DNA of 62,550 nt, the filler included, from Asterionella formosa (taxonomy: Eukaryota), in assembly GCA_002256025.1 (NCBI GenBank). It is 9 parts of 9 records of this genome, joined end to end, with 100 filler letters (N's around TTAATTAATTAA, not from the genome) between each part and the next. Parts side by side here need not be neighbours in the genome. Positions count along the whole stretch, not along the records: positions 1 to 25,459 come from NKIB01001963.1; 8 more parts are not named here. One strand, 5' to 3'. The notes beneath the pieces are model-generated. The model was not told the origin of the DNA, ran no database searches, and saw nothing but the letters and a program-made list of their open reading frames with translations. Positions 12,166-24,869 of the stretch are shown one piece after another. The translations under genes and the position numbers were made by a program. The stretch's first letter is position 1. Each line of letters begins with the position of its first letter.

Positions 12166-12713
12166 CTTCCGCCTTCCGAGTTGCTACTTTCTGGAGTTCT
12201 TTCCCATCGAAAATTCAAGAAGCAAACCAGTCATGTTAACCATACGTATGTGTCCATACGGTCGTATGTAAAATTTCCATTCTGTTTAAATCTTGTATCA
12301 GATTATGTAAAGTTCTCCAATTATTCAAGGAATTAAAAGTATTTAGTAATTATTAACCGTTTTTTAACGTTGAATGATTATGAAATCTATTACTGGATCA
12401 AGAAATGAATAATGCTTTTGCCGCCATTATGCAGGACCTCCATCGGGATTAGTCTCCATTTCATGGGTTCCGTTATACATCCATGTCCACGAAATTTGTC
12501 AATTTCTTGAAGTTTATCATACATTAAGTGTAAATTCATGCAGTCGTAGGCGGGCTGCTTGTTCACTCACTCGGAACCAGGTACAACGCAGCGTGATTAA
12601 TTTACTGCAAACTACCACTCATACGATATCACAAAGGCGACTAAGAAACTCTTGTAACTCTTGTTGCTTATTTTTACACACTGATATTTTCGATAGGAAT
12701 TTTTGTGCTGAAG

Positions 12714-12998
12714 ATGAGAGTCCTTCTTCTGATTTCCGTTTTGTTCACGGTGGTGACTTCTGATAGAGCTGCAGAGGTCAGACAAAGGGATTCTAGAATC
12801 GAAAGTCTCGATGAGGACAAAGCCGCAGCGTTTCTTGAAGACTCGAGCTACTGGGGACGAACGTTAACAGAATCCATGTCCGTGTCAGCAAAGGCAAAGG
12901 ATGGCAAGAAAGGGTCCAAGAAGAGTTCGAAATCGTCAAAAGCAGGAAAAGCACCTAAGGGATCCAAGAAGGGCAAGAAGCGTCGCGTTCGAAAGTAA
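12714..12998 (+). CDS. Small secreted silaffin-like, lysine-rich (KXXK) peptide precursor
   Basis: 94 aa from the ATG at 12714. Signal peptide MRVLLLISVLFTVVTS, acidic pro-region, RXL site (WGRTL), SMS, then 15 Lys in 43 aa as KDGK/KGSK/KSSK/KSSK/KAGK/KAPK/KGSK, ending RRVRK. Confidence 0.75.
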   Translation: MRVLLLISVLFTVVTSDRAAEVRQRDSRIESLDEDKAAAFLEDSSYWGRTLTESMSVSAKAKDGKKGSKKSSKSSKAGKAPKGSKKGKKRRVRK

Positions 12999-13443
12999 AC
13001 ATGACCGCGACCATTTATGTCTTAAGTCTTCTCGCAAAATCACTTCCATGTTCATCTACTTCATTCACATCGAAGGGAACAACCTTTTTATCTTTTTGAC
13101 GAAGCTGAGCAACCTTTCTCTTTCTATAAACTAGAAATTTGCGAGCTTTAAATAGTATTCTGTTTTTTTTTCATTATTACCCCATTGCTTAGGTGTGGCC
13201 AACTCATTTCTATGCATTTTTTGTGTAATCTATTGTTGCGGCATCTTCCTTGCTTGCGATATTTCCCTTCGCGGTCTGCAAGATGGGAGTACCGGTAGGA
13301 AAAAGGAGGAGAGCAGGTTACCACCTAAAAACTGAGAGTCCACGTTCAATTATTAACTCCTTCTTCCGAGTAAAATTATCGAAGTTTCTAATGATAAAAT
13401 TCGAATCAAGTACCGGTACGAACTTTATTGTGCTCGACAGAAT

Positions 13444-14503
13444 TCAACCCTAGCTTAGAGGTAGGGTTGAAAAAATAATATTGAGTCAGACTAATCAAAC
13501 AAATACTTTTCACGTCTAAACTAAATATGTATATCGCTACTCGGAGCTTTCACCATTGGACACCCTTTCCATATGCTTAGACACAGTCATTGATCGAAGT
13601 AGGGGTATACCGGTAGGTCAACTCCATACAACGTCAGTATTTAGGATCTGGCCAGAAACTGCAGAAAGGAATTTCGGTTTTTTAACCATGCTGAAAATAG
13701 TGGATTTTACCGGGCCAACTTGTTTATTGCCCTAGAAAAGAAACGAAGTTCCTTTCTGCAGTTTCTCGCCGAAAGTGAACTTCTGGGGCAATATGAAGAT
13801 TACCCATGTACTTATCTCTTCTTCAAACCCAGCCAACGTTGAGCTATCGTCACCCCAAAATTCGACAAAATCGGCCTTTTCAACGGTCTCCAAAATGTCG
13901 GAATCAGAATCACTAATCGCCGAGATGTCATCATCGGAATGGTAGTCTTGTGCTAAAATATTTAGTCTTAAAATCTCCTGAACAAAAAAATTCCAATATA
14001 CGTGCCAGCTTCACTATAAATATTTTGATTGGTCAGCTTCAATTACTTACCGATATTTGATTGGCAAGGTTTGCGAGGTCTTGCAAGCCCAGACCGGCCA
14101 CACTGGATACACGTTTAAAAATTTCTTGGATGATCGCCGGTACCCCGGTATGGTACCTGTTACCAGGTACCCTATCGACTACATTTGACACACGCGTACT
14201 ACTCCTATGAATAGAGTTCACTTCAAATATTTGCCGAGCCGCCAGGTCGTATGACACATTAACCGTCGATCGGTGTATAGAATGTATTCCGATATAGATA
14301 TAAAGATGTACAATCCATATCTATATAGTTACTGAATTAGAAAAGGAATCTATGCACGTACGCGCAAATTTCCAATGATTTGAATATTTCAAATGGAATC
14401 ATGTAGTCGTCTAAAAGTAGTTCATAAAAGTTCTTAGTTCCAGGGAATTTCGGCAACCCTAAGCAATATTTTAATTTTGCTTTAGGGTTGAAATGCAGGA
14501 ACC
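13444..14503. mobile_element. ~1.06-kb non-autonomous TIR element (MITE), copy 1
   Basis: Colinear diverged repeat of 23183-24265. Right end GGGTTGAAATGCAGGAACC followed by TTAA; it is the reverse complement of the left end of copy 2. Confidence 0.75.
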
Positions 14504-16248
14504 TTAATCAGTTCTGTATAGTAGAAGACCATACATTTATTGAGATCTAAGGCATTTTGACTCAAACACCTGCAACCTTCGCCAAAGTCAAACATTTGCA
14601 TTTTCCGGGTCGTTTTAGCCTGTTATTCCTATCATATACTGGTTGGTAAAACTTCTTTTCACACCCTGAATTTTAGGTCAAACCGACACCTAAAAAATGG
14701 TCGGTGTAAAATGTACACATGAGCATGACTTCTACCTTGGGCGGACCACACCCATCCATACCTAATACAGAAAGTACTGATAATACGTTGCATGGGGACA
14801 ATTATTGTCACCATGTACTATGATGCACACAATCAATTATGACTCACCATCACTTCATTTCAACCTCAACTAAACGATAGAATGTAGATGAAATGATTCA
14901 TGAATACTTAATAGCTAACTATTAGAAGTGTCAGTACTACTTGTTCTGTTGAAAATTGTTGACAACATTCAACAATGATGGCAGCATGATTCTTCGGTTG
15001 GGTGCTCGAACCAAATTCATTCCCTTGTTCATTTTAACAACTACTAGTAGCAGTTCATCAGCATCAAAATTTCAAAATCTGAAAGTTTCGATGTCAACAT
15101 TGTAGTCTTTAGCAGTAGATTTATCCATACTGCTAGCTAGTTTGAATAATCTTGCACATTGTGAGTTTAGCTTAATGCACTCTTAAATCGAGATGATAGC
15201 TGGCAATCAATTGGGCTTGAATTGGCGAAGAAAACAAAGAAGTATGACGCACTCTATACTAGGCATGGATGGTAAACAGAATAAATCAGACGACTACATA
15301 ATCAAACGAACATTTTCATGGCTGTTACGATATCTAATCATCACCATTCTATTTTAAAATCACATCCACGCATGCAACGAGCTGGCTTTTAGATTAGTGG
15401 TCGCATTACCAACATACTACAACCCAAAGTTCACTTACAATTTTGCTGCATACTAGCTAGTATTTCAGAGATTGACGAGACAGCATGGACTTCGGTTGAT
15501 TGCTGTCATAAGCGATCGTCGCTTTATACAAATGAGCACAGCCGTAGCTAGCAATGACAAAGGTGAGCTGTGGCAAACTGTAGACCGATCACATGGTTTC
15601 GTAAAATTTAATGTCAAGGACAACGAAAAGTTCATGCCGACAAGATTCTACAACACACTGGTACGAACTGACATATATGTAAGCGCATCCATCAGGTATG
15701 AGGTACCGGTACCAGGTACCAGCAAGTCGCGGTACCATCATGGGCAGTTCATTTAACCTAAAATTCCCCACCTTCTTTTTCAAGTTTCACCGACGTTTTA
15801 GTGGAGTCTCTCAACAAATGCCTATAGTTCTGTATGTTACTCCTTTCTTATTTTGAAAAATCGGTCACTAATTAATAACGGCAGGTCTTAAAAGAGATAC
15901 AAATAATAATTTTAATTATTAAATTGTATCTTCAGAAAAAATATCTCATTAATGGCAAAACAGTTAGCAGTTTTTTTCGTGTCTTCGCAAACATGTGCAT
16001 CAAACTCTCAAAACAGCAAAAAAATTAGCAATGCGCACTTCAATTATACAACCTGTCTGACCATCATTATTACAGAAACGACAATGACAAATCGACTGGA
16101 AGAAGTTACAGTTGGGCTGTCATCGACAATTTTGATTTAGAACAGGAAATAGAAGCAGAACAACAGAGTTTCTGTTTCTTGCAGTAGTTGCCTTATCATT
16201 TTTGGAGTCATACAATGCACAAAACTCAAAGCCAGTGTGATCAGCAAA

Positions 16249-16686
16249 ATGGGAGCATCAATGACTTGACTGGAATGATTATGTACCAAGAAAGCGTCTT
16301 TATGAGAATAAGTTTCATTTTGAATATCGCATGTCCCTTCAAGCTTTCAATCACCTACTGGAACTACTTTGACCTTCCATCACAGTTAATGCTGTCAAAT
16401 CCAATGCAAGTTCCGGTCTATACAGCACAAATCGGCATATCTATCCTGAGTTGATCCTTGCCATTGGCCTTCGCTGGCTTGCAGGCGGAAATCTCATGGA
16501 AATTCATCATGTCAACAGAGATTCTTATCTATCTGTTATGCAATTTCTAAAACATGGCTGTGAACTCTTGCCCAGCTCTATCTACTATTAAACTTCCAGC
16601 AACAAACAAGGAGAAACAAACAGAGGTGAATGGATTTCTTGGAAAAAGCGAGCAGCAACTATTTCGTGGATGCGTTGGTGCTATAC
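16249..16686 (+). pseudogene. Degraded PIF/Harbinger transposase fragment
   Basis: Translates to FEYRMSLQAFNHLLELL, PELILAIGLRWLAGGNLMEIHHV and FRGCVGAI, homologous to the ORF at 25560-26563. Contains stops and is truncated at GCVGAI. Confidence 0.75.
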
Positions 16687-17116
16687 CACAAAACTATTCA
16701 TTATTACTTTTGTGGATACTATAATTACCAGTACCAGCAACCCGGGTTTAGGTGCCCATCATATCAGTAGTTTTCCATACGGTATTCGTCATGAATTTGT
16801 TTGGACCTCGCATATCAATCTTTTCAAGTTCTCATCTGTACGATGGTCCTCCTCTGCTTGTTTCAACCCACTTCACTGGTAACAGGTGATTGCGGTGATT
16901 TTATGAAACTTTCTTGTATGCACTGTTTCAGGTTGCCTATACATACTATGTAAAAGGTGATGCCAGCTGAATGGAGGATTTTTAGATTTTTCATTCCATT
17001 TCTTGTTGACAGCAAACTTTGGGACTAAATACGGAAGTAACGCAGGCTAATTGATGTGTTCAAAGCAAGATAATTTTTTGTTAGTAACATTGCCTGAATA
17101 ATTATGTTTGTATCTA

Positions 17117-17943
17117 CTCCCTCTGTCCAATATCAGTTCCATCGATTTTTCAAATTTATCCGGGGCCATTTTGACTCATACGATTTCCTCCGGCTCAGTT
17201 GCCCTATTGTGTGGCTTGCTCTAAGCTCCTGAATCATTTATATTTATTTTATATATAGAAGGATTAAAATTGGCAACTACGTTTTAAACATCCTTTTTGG
17301 GCTTTTTCGATTTTCACTTATGGCTAGTCTATCTCGAGCAAAATGCAGATGCATGAGAACCCATTTTTCTTCGAACAATCTATTCTCACCATACGTGCAA
17401 AGTACTATTTAACAGTGGATCAATGGTAACTTGCGTTCAATTATAGATTGCGCAACCCCGAAAGTGGCGATGATGGAAGGGAAGAAAACGACGGTATCAT
17501 GCTCGTTTTGATAATTGTAGCCGTTAATCATCCGGCAATATGGTCCATGTAGATGCAACAACCGTAGAAAGGTAGAAAGCATATCCAAAAACTTTTTTCT
17601 ATATATATATATTATAATTATGATAGTGGCTTGATGTATTCGGTTTCCCGCAAATTTTGATTGGCCAGCCGATGTAAAACAGCATTTGGCGATATGTACA
17701 TGTATGCAATGAATTTGCGTATGTTAAATTGGTTTCAATTAATTTATTTATATGCTCATAATTTAATTACAGAAACCGAGTATATGTTCACATCTACTAT
17801 GTAACTAATAAAAACGCATTTTGTCAAGTAAGCCGACCCTCACGTAGAAAATTGGTATGTTGGCTACGTAATCCTTCATAAGCAAACAGTTAAGACACTA
17901 GTGGTGCCGGCAAATCAATGCAACTGTTGTTGGACTGAGGGAG
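17117..17943. mobile_element. Stowaway-like (Tc1/mariner-derived) MITE, 827 bp
   Basis: TA|CTCCCTCTGTCCAATATCAGTTCCATCGATTT ... AAATCAATGCAACTGTTGTTGGACTGAGGGAG|TA. ~32-bp imperfect TIR, TA TSD, AT-rich non-coding interior. Confidence 0.85.
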
Positions 17944-19998
17944 TAGCATATTTAGTCCAAAACGTGAATTTACTCGATTTAACATGGACTCTCGGTTCAA
18001 AATCTTCTAAACGTTGACTCTCAGCTTTTAGGTGGTACCCGGCTTTTAAGTGCCCGACCATAGCAGCTTATTACCGGCAGTATATTCATCAAGAATTCGT
18101 TAGGACCTCATATATCAATCACTCAAGTTCTCATCTATCTGGTGCTCCTTCTAATGTTTCAACTCATTTCACAAGTGATCGTGGTGATTTCGTGAAGAAA
18201 CTAATATTGACAACAAAAATTTAAGTCTCTGATAGATGTTGCATTTTTCTTCGGTGAAGAACTTTCTCAGGTTTTATACTTCATTATCCTGGACCCCCAA
18301 TGTACACTGCCATGACTGAATTCGACTGATTTTTCTTAAAAAAGAAATGTCAGCCTTGCAAGGGTGGAGATTCTACAATCGCCACACCAAAATTTCAGCA
18401 AGCAGACAAGGAAGGGTATACGGGGGCAGAGGGCAACCTATCTCTTCTCTGCATCCTGAAATAGGGGGTTTCTTAGGAGGTATGCTTTTGATAGACACCC
18501 TGATTTCCAGACATATACATCACATGGGATTGAGATACCAAAATATACATTAGATGTCTATCTCGATAATAAATGTTTATTGGCAAGGATTGACAGGTGG
18601 AGAGGCAAATTTGGCATTGGAGTATGATTTTTTACAGGCGGAGATGTACTTAAAAACCACAGAACAATGTTGCCCCTTAACTTCTGAAGCTGAATGCATT
18701 CTTGCTCACAATCCCTACATGATTTTTTCCTCTACTTAATGTCATAGTCAAAATTCAACAGGTCATTTCTGTTCCTATGAGGCATGCCTTGCATTCTTGC
18801 TTATTGTTCGAGGACAACGCTGGTGCTCTTGCTCGTGATCACAAGACTTCCATAGGTCATTACTGTTACTATGAGCGAGGCATACCTTGCATTCTTGCTC
18901 ATTGTTCGAAGACAAACTGGTGCGCGCTATTGCTCTTTCTTTTGCTTGATCACAAGAAGACTTGACTATGTACTAAATATGATTGTTTGAAGGACGATCA
19001 CTTCAGTTCACATTTCGCTTTGGGTTGCACATCAAACTTTTCCGTATTTCTACTTTTTATCAAATTACCACTACCAGTCATTACTTTCATCTATCTTGAG
19101 AAGAAAATAGTATATGTTGGTATTTTTCTGGTCATTCTGTCATTGATGCTTTTCTGCTTCTTCACAAGGGTGTAGGAGATAATTTATCCATGAAAAATTA
19201 TGATGTCACTTGTCATTGGCTTCTTCTTTTGTCCTTCAATTGTTTTATTGCATCCTATTTACAACTCGATATCAGCTGCCATCAGTTTTGGTTACTCTTT
19301 GAATTCAGTAGAGTCAACATAGTCAGACAAATCTTACTCATTATTTCTAGAGTTAACTTACTTTAGACTACTACAGTCATGTTTCTTAGATAGAGGCATA
19401 TATGTCACATATACTGGTGGCTTAGTGATCCAGCAAATCCTGCATCTTCTTATTCAATTCTGCAGTATACTGACAACCCCATCAAAAATCACTGACCACT
19501 GATTGATACTATATTATTGAGAGGATTATTATGATCAGATCATATGGGACTTACAATGCATGATGATTTCCCATTGGTAGCAAGCAGCCAGATTTTCGTG
19601 ATAATCAACAGTTCTAAACTGATAGCTCTGACATTGCAACAAGGGAAGGTTTTTGGCAGAACCACACATTCGGAGTCATTCCTAGCTTCAATTAAATGAT
19701 CAGCAGTTACACCACGGACAAAGAAAAAGCTAATGGGTCACAAACACAAGAATACAAATGATCTCACATCAAGGTTTACTTCAGTTTTGGTCCAGTTAAA
19801 TACCTATCAATTCAATACCTAGGATTCCTATCAATCCAATGATAACAACTACCATGATCTGCTTTCACTTGACAAATGAAATTAAATTATTTTATCTGGA
19901 TGACAACACTTGTGGTTGTAAGCATCGTCACTGTAACTTCATTGTATTTGTGACAATATATACATGCATGGTTTATCCAAAGTGATACAAAAGAGGGT

Positions 19999-21508
19999 TT
20001 AATGTGCTTGAGCACCCTCGTCATAGCCAAACAACATAATAGAAGATGGAGAGCGTGACAAGTGACCCTCATCATCATCCTTCATGCTAACAAACGTTCC
20101 AAGAGGGTTGAACTGATTGTTGACAATAACCTTTGAGAGACTTGCACGCAAGTGCTCATGAGAAATGTCTTCTTCATGATCAAAATGGTTGTCATCATAG
20201 TCATCATACATTTCTCCTTCATTGCAAGAATGTGAGAAGAAACACTGAGACACATCACCAAGTTGACGGGTTGATTTGGAAGGTGCATTAGCAACATCCA
20301 ATATATTGAGGCGCTCTTCAAAACTGTCTCTCCTGACCTGGTTCCCAATCATTGTTTCATTCACACCCTCACAATCTGGCCTGTTGATCAACAAGTCCTG
20401 CTCTGGAGCAGTCCCCATGAAAAAGTAGTTATAACCACATGCCTCAGTAGTCTTCACTGGCAACTCTGGATGCAGGTGGAAAGTAGCATACTGCTTCAAC
20501 AACGCAGCCTCCTCCAAGATCTTGTTGCGCTCCTCCATCTCTTCCAAAGAATCGTACTCAAGAGCAGAGGGACGGGAGAAGTAGTTGCGACCATATGCAT
20601 TAGCATCAGTAGTCTTGACAGGCAACTCTGGATGCAGGTGGAAAGTAGCATACTGCTTCAACAACGCAGCCTCCTGCAATACAAGCATGCGTTCCTCAGC
20701 CTCATCAAAGGTATCTTGTTCAGGAGCAGAAGCGCGAGTGAAGTAGTTACGACCACAAGCCATGAGGCCAGAGGCAACAACAGGTTTCTCAGGATGCAAA
20801 TGATACCGAGCATACTTTTTCAGCTCTGTCGCCTCTGCCAAGACCATCATGCGCTCCTCGGCCTCTTCACATGTGTCTTGTTCGGGAGCCGAGGCACGAG
20901 TGAAGTAGTTGCGACCACATGCATTAGCATCAGTAGTCTTGACAGGCAACTCTGGATGCAGGTGGAAAGTAGCATACTGCTTCAACAACGCAGCCTCCTG
21001 CAATACAAGCATGCGCTCCTCCATCTCTTCCAAAGAATCGTACTCAAGAGCAGAGGGACGGGAGAAGTAGTTGCGACCACATGCATTGCCGTTGCTCGTG
21101 ACAGGTGCTTCAGGGTGTAGATGAAAGGAAGCATACTGCTTGAGAAGCTGTGCATCCTTCAAGATCTCGCGACGTTCCTCCAAACCAGCGTTCAATTCTG
21201 AAAGGCGTGAAGTCAAGGTGTCAGAGAAGGGTTCCAGTAGATCGCATGCGAATTTTCAAGGTAAACGACAAGCACAATAACGACATCTTACCTTCATCCG
21301 ATTCATAGACGACAGAATCATCCAATTCCTCATCCTCAACCTCAAGGGTTGGTTCAATATCATCGATCACAACGGCGGATTGTTTGATGATTTCATGGGC
21401 GGATTTCCGTCCCCTCACGCATTGATTCACAGAAACTTCAAGCTTTTGAAGCTGCTCCTTGGCTGGAGCAATCTGGTTCTTGGCGTGAGAGGACTGTGCC
21501 GATCCCAT
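19999..21508 (-). CDS. Two-exon ~471-aa protein with five 54-aa tandem repeats (HLHPE.PV...ACGRNYF.R.SA) and an N-myristoylation-type start
   Basis: Exon 1 21508-21292 (MGSAQS...), intron 21291-21198 (GTAAG...CTGAC...TTTCAG, frame-preserving), exon 2 21197-19999. 162-bp DNA periodicity. Confidence 0.85.
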
Positions 21509-23182
21509 GTTAGATAGTTGTTGATGATTGCGGTTGGTTACTATTGACTTTTATTTCATTTGTTTTATGAGAGCAAGTTCTTGTCGTTCTGCCAGCCAAA
21601 GAACAACTGCATCATTTCGTAGAAACTCCATCCTTGTCAATTTTCGTCATACACAGAGTGTTGCGGCATTTTATTTGGCGACATTTTCAATCCGAACGCA
21701 CGGCTGAGAAAAAAACTGGAATCCTTCGTTATTGGATCGGATTGTTCCTGACAGTCATATAATGAGATACTTCATTGTTCGCATTTCAGTTGGTCAACCC
21801 TTGCCTTGATAGGATTCCTGTCAACTTGCTTTGCATTACTCCTATCGTAACCATCACGCACGTGCAGGTCTTGGATATTTAGACATGACATCTGCATTGT
21901 AAAAATATGTTTGATGCATAGTGTCAACCTGCAAGACCTATAGTGTCAAGGTCTCTGTAGAAGTAAATGCTCAAAATACTACCAAGTATTCATCGAGATA
22001 GATATTTAGATTATACAGTATTACGCCATGAATATAATCGAATGATGAAATCCAGACGGTCGCTGATTTCACATTTGACACAGACTTCTGATATAATTCT
22101 AAGAGTGTCAAGGCAACAACCAATCCCATGAGTTCCCACGAAGAACTGGAAATATATTACATCACCTTTTCCTAATCAGAACATTCCATTTTGCATACAA
22201 AGCCAAATTAGATTGAACGTGAATAGAAGGAATGTCGTAATAAATGCTGTTTGGATTCCAAAATCATGACAAGAAAGTTGTCAGTGTGCCTCGCAATCGA
22301 ATTATTGTTGAGAACAGGTCTCTCACAAAACAAATTCTTGAAACAAACAACGAGTTCATAGGAAAGCTCGATCCAATCTAGTCTAATCCTTCCCAAGTTT
22401 CCAAAAATGGCCGGCAAGAGCAAACAACAGAAAGAGGTGGAAGTCACCCTCAACAAGAAAGGTGAGCGAGCTGGCGCTGCTTTCTCGGTAAATGACAACT
22501 CTATGGCAGAACAAAAGCAAAGATTTCAAACGGATCTTTTAGAACAGAAGGATCCATAAATTTCGCTTGCCGTACTTACTTCTGTAATAATGTGCTCACT
22601 ATCACTTATCTCGTTCTGCAGATGCCAAGAAGGTTGCCAAGCTCGAAGCAATGATTCCTTACCACGCTGGAAGGGGACAAGTCGACGAAGTCTCGAAGAT
22701 TCAGGAGCAAATTGCCCAAATCTGGACCAAGACGCGAGAAGCTGCCTATGCAGTGTAACATCTTCCATTTTTAATTTGAATAATCAGGCGGTTATGTACT
22801 GTATCCAATTAGCTGCTTGTATTGTTCTGATAAGAAGCTGGCTCTATAGCACCGACATGCGGCTCCTTCCGAATTCTATAGAAATTATTCATTTGCACAT
22901 CTTTCCGGGTCGTTTTGAAAGTGGTGTATCGTACTGTCCATACCAGGGTACCTGGTGCCGTAGTAGAAATGCAGAATACATCACTATCGATTAACAATGG
23001 ACCACCGGTATGGGTTCTGAATATACCGGTTGTAGGCGAACTTGGTTGAGGAAGCTCGTTCGCATCCCTGTTTCTATGGATGGTTATACCAGGGACCTTG
23101 TACAATACCTATGCAAGCAAGTTGCGGTAAATGTGGTAAATCTAAAACTTTAGCTATCTTTATCCGATATCAAATTGTTCAA

Positions 23183-24265
23183 GGTTCCTGCATTTGAACC
23201 CCTGGCTCGAGGTAGGGTTAAAATAAAATATTGTGTCAGATTAATCAAAAACGTATTTTTCACCGAAAAAAATATATAACGCTCACCGGAGCTTTCATCA
23301 TTAGTCACCTTTGTCATACGTATGCTTACATACAGTCCTCGGACAAAATAGGGGTGCACAGGGGTGCCGGTAGGTTTACCATAAATATTGTCAGTCAGGA
23401 TAAAGGATCTGGCGAGAAAGTGCATAAAGGAACTTCGGTTTTCTAACTATGCTAAAAAGAGTAGAAAATTCGGGGGAAATCTGATTATGGAATAGTAAAT
23501 TAGCGAAGTTCCTTTCTTAACTTTCTCGCTGGAAGATCTATACTGATACTATTTGAAGGTTACCTACTATATATCTAAATCCCCTTCAGACCCAGGCGAT
23601 GTTGAGCTATCATCTTCCAAAAATTCGACAAAATCGGCAATTTCTATGGTCAAGATGACTATTTGCCAAAACATCATCATCGGAATGGTAGTCTTGTGCT
23701 ACAACGTTTAGTTGCAAAATCTGTTATGCAAAAAAATCCATTGTAAGGGCCCGCTGCATTATTTATGTTCTGATTGGTCATACTCACATTTGTTTGATTG
23801 GCCTGGCTGGTGTGCGCGGTCTTGCAATCCCACACCAGCCACACTGGATACACATGCAACATTTTCTTGGATGGTGTTGGTCGATGCTATCATATCCACG
23901 ACCTGCTGGTACTACCTAGCAAAGAGTAGGATTACCAGAGTATCTGGTACCAGGCATCTTGCGGGTACCGTTAAAGTAAGCAGACCAGAACATTTCTAGA
24001 ATGCACTTTCAAATATTTTTCCAAGATGCTGGGTCATAGATGTGACATATATTTGTTCTTGATCTGAGTATACTACAACCGCTAAAGTAGCTATATGTAC
24101 ATTCAGTGATGAATAATCTAATTGTATATATTTAGGGCATTTGGGAAGGAATCTATGTATTTGTGCGCAAATTTCCACTGATTTAAATATTTCAAACAGA
24201 ATCATTGATATTCAAATTAGTAGCGAATAAAAGTTCTTAGTTACAGGGACAAATTTCGGCAACCT
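23183..24265. mobile_element. MITE copy 2 (same family as 13444-14503)
   Basis: Left TIR GGTTCCTGCATTTGAACCC. Shared internal blocks, e.g. AAAATTCGACAAAATCGGC and CATCATCGGAATGGTAGTCTTGTGCTA. Right end truncated. Confidence 0.75.
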
Positions 24266-24869
24266 CTATGAAACAGTTTGTTGTTGCATATGCTTCTTTG
24301 CTGCTGTAAACAATGTTGCTGTGATGTAAAAAAATTGCAGTTCAATGAATTAGGCCAATTCTAGATCATGACAAGAAGAAAGCCAGTGTGGGGCATTTCT
24401 GTTGTTCTATCCCACCAAAATGCGTGTTCAATAGTGAAGATTCCATTCTAAAAGAGCAGCATTGATTGTTTGTTATGTGAAACAGTTGAAAAAGTCCTCA
24501 ACTTCATTATTTGATAGAACTTTTGAAATAGTAAGTTGAAAAAAGCTTTTCAATTTCTCGAATGACCTTCAGAATATTAGTTGAATGACCTTCAGTAAAT
24601 TATGTAAGTGAAATTATAGAATTATGTGAACAGAATTGAAGAGGTTACATGAACCAAATCATTCATGCTATTGATGGGTATTAACAGCCGATCACCACTC
24701 AGCATCCAAATCACAGTATGAAACTGATTTGGTGTGACCCAAAATGAGTGGCAAAATGTCACAGCTGCATACATGGGTTATAATGAAAAACACATGCCCT
24801 CACCATGGGAGTGTTTTTGACCCCAAATGGGAGGAACCGCAGGGAGGGAAAGAATAGCAATTAAGGGTA

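Noticed and set aside
11718..12218. ORFs rich in VPGT/YQVP/WY (also 2409-2811, 29952-30218, 38476-38730)
   Set aside because: These are translations of GGTACC/CCWGG low-complexity DNA, which lacks stop codons. No protein-like features.
18347..18965. Possible retroelement RNase H relics (SLHPEIGGFLG; duplicated LFEDNAGAL)
   Set aside because: Motifs are too short and degraded to call without a database search.
20470..21120. Long antisense ORFs overlapping real genes (also 27450-28130, 33377-33862, 61439-62108)
   Set aside because: Shadow frames of coding sequence with no independent evidence.
22208..22768. Minus-strand short ORFs with an intron-like GTAAGT...TAG segment
   Set aside because: No long spliced frame or recognisable domain could be built. 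Possibly a gene relic, but not supportable.
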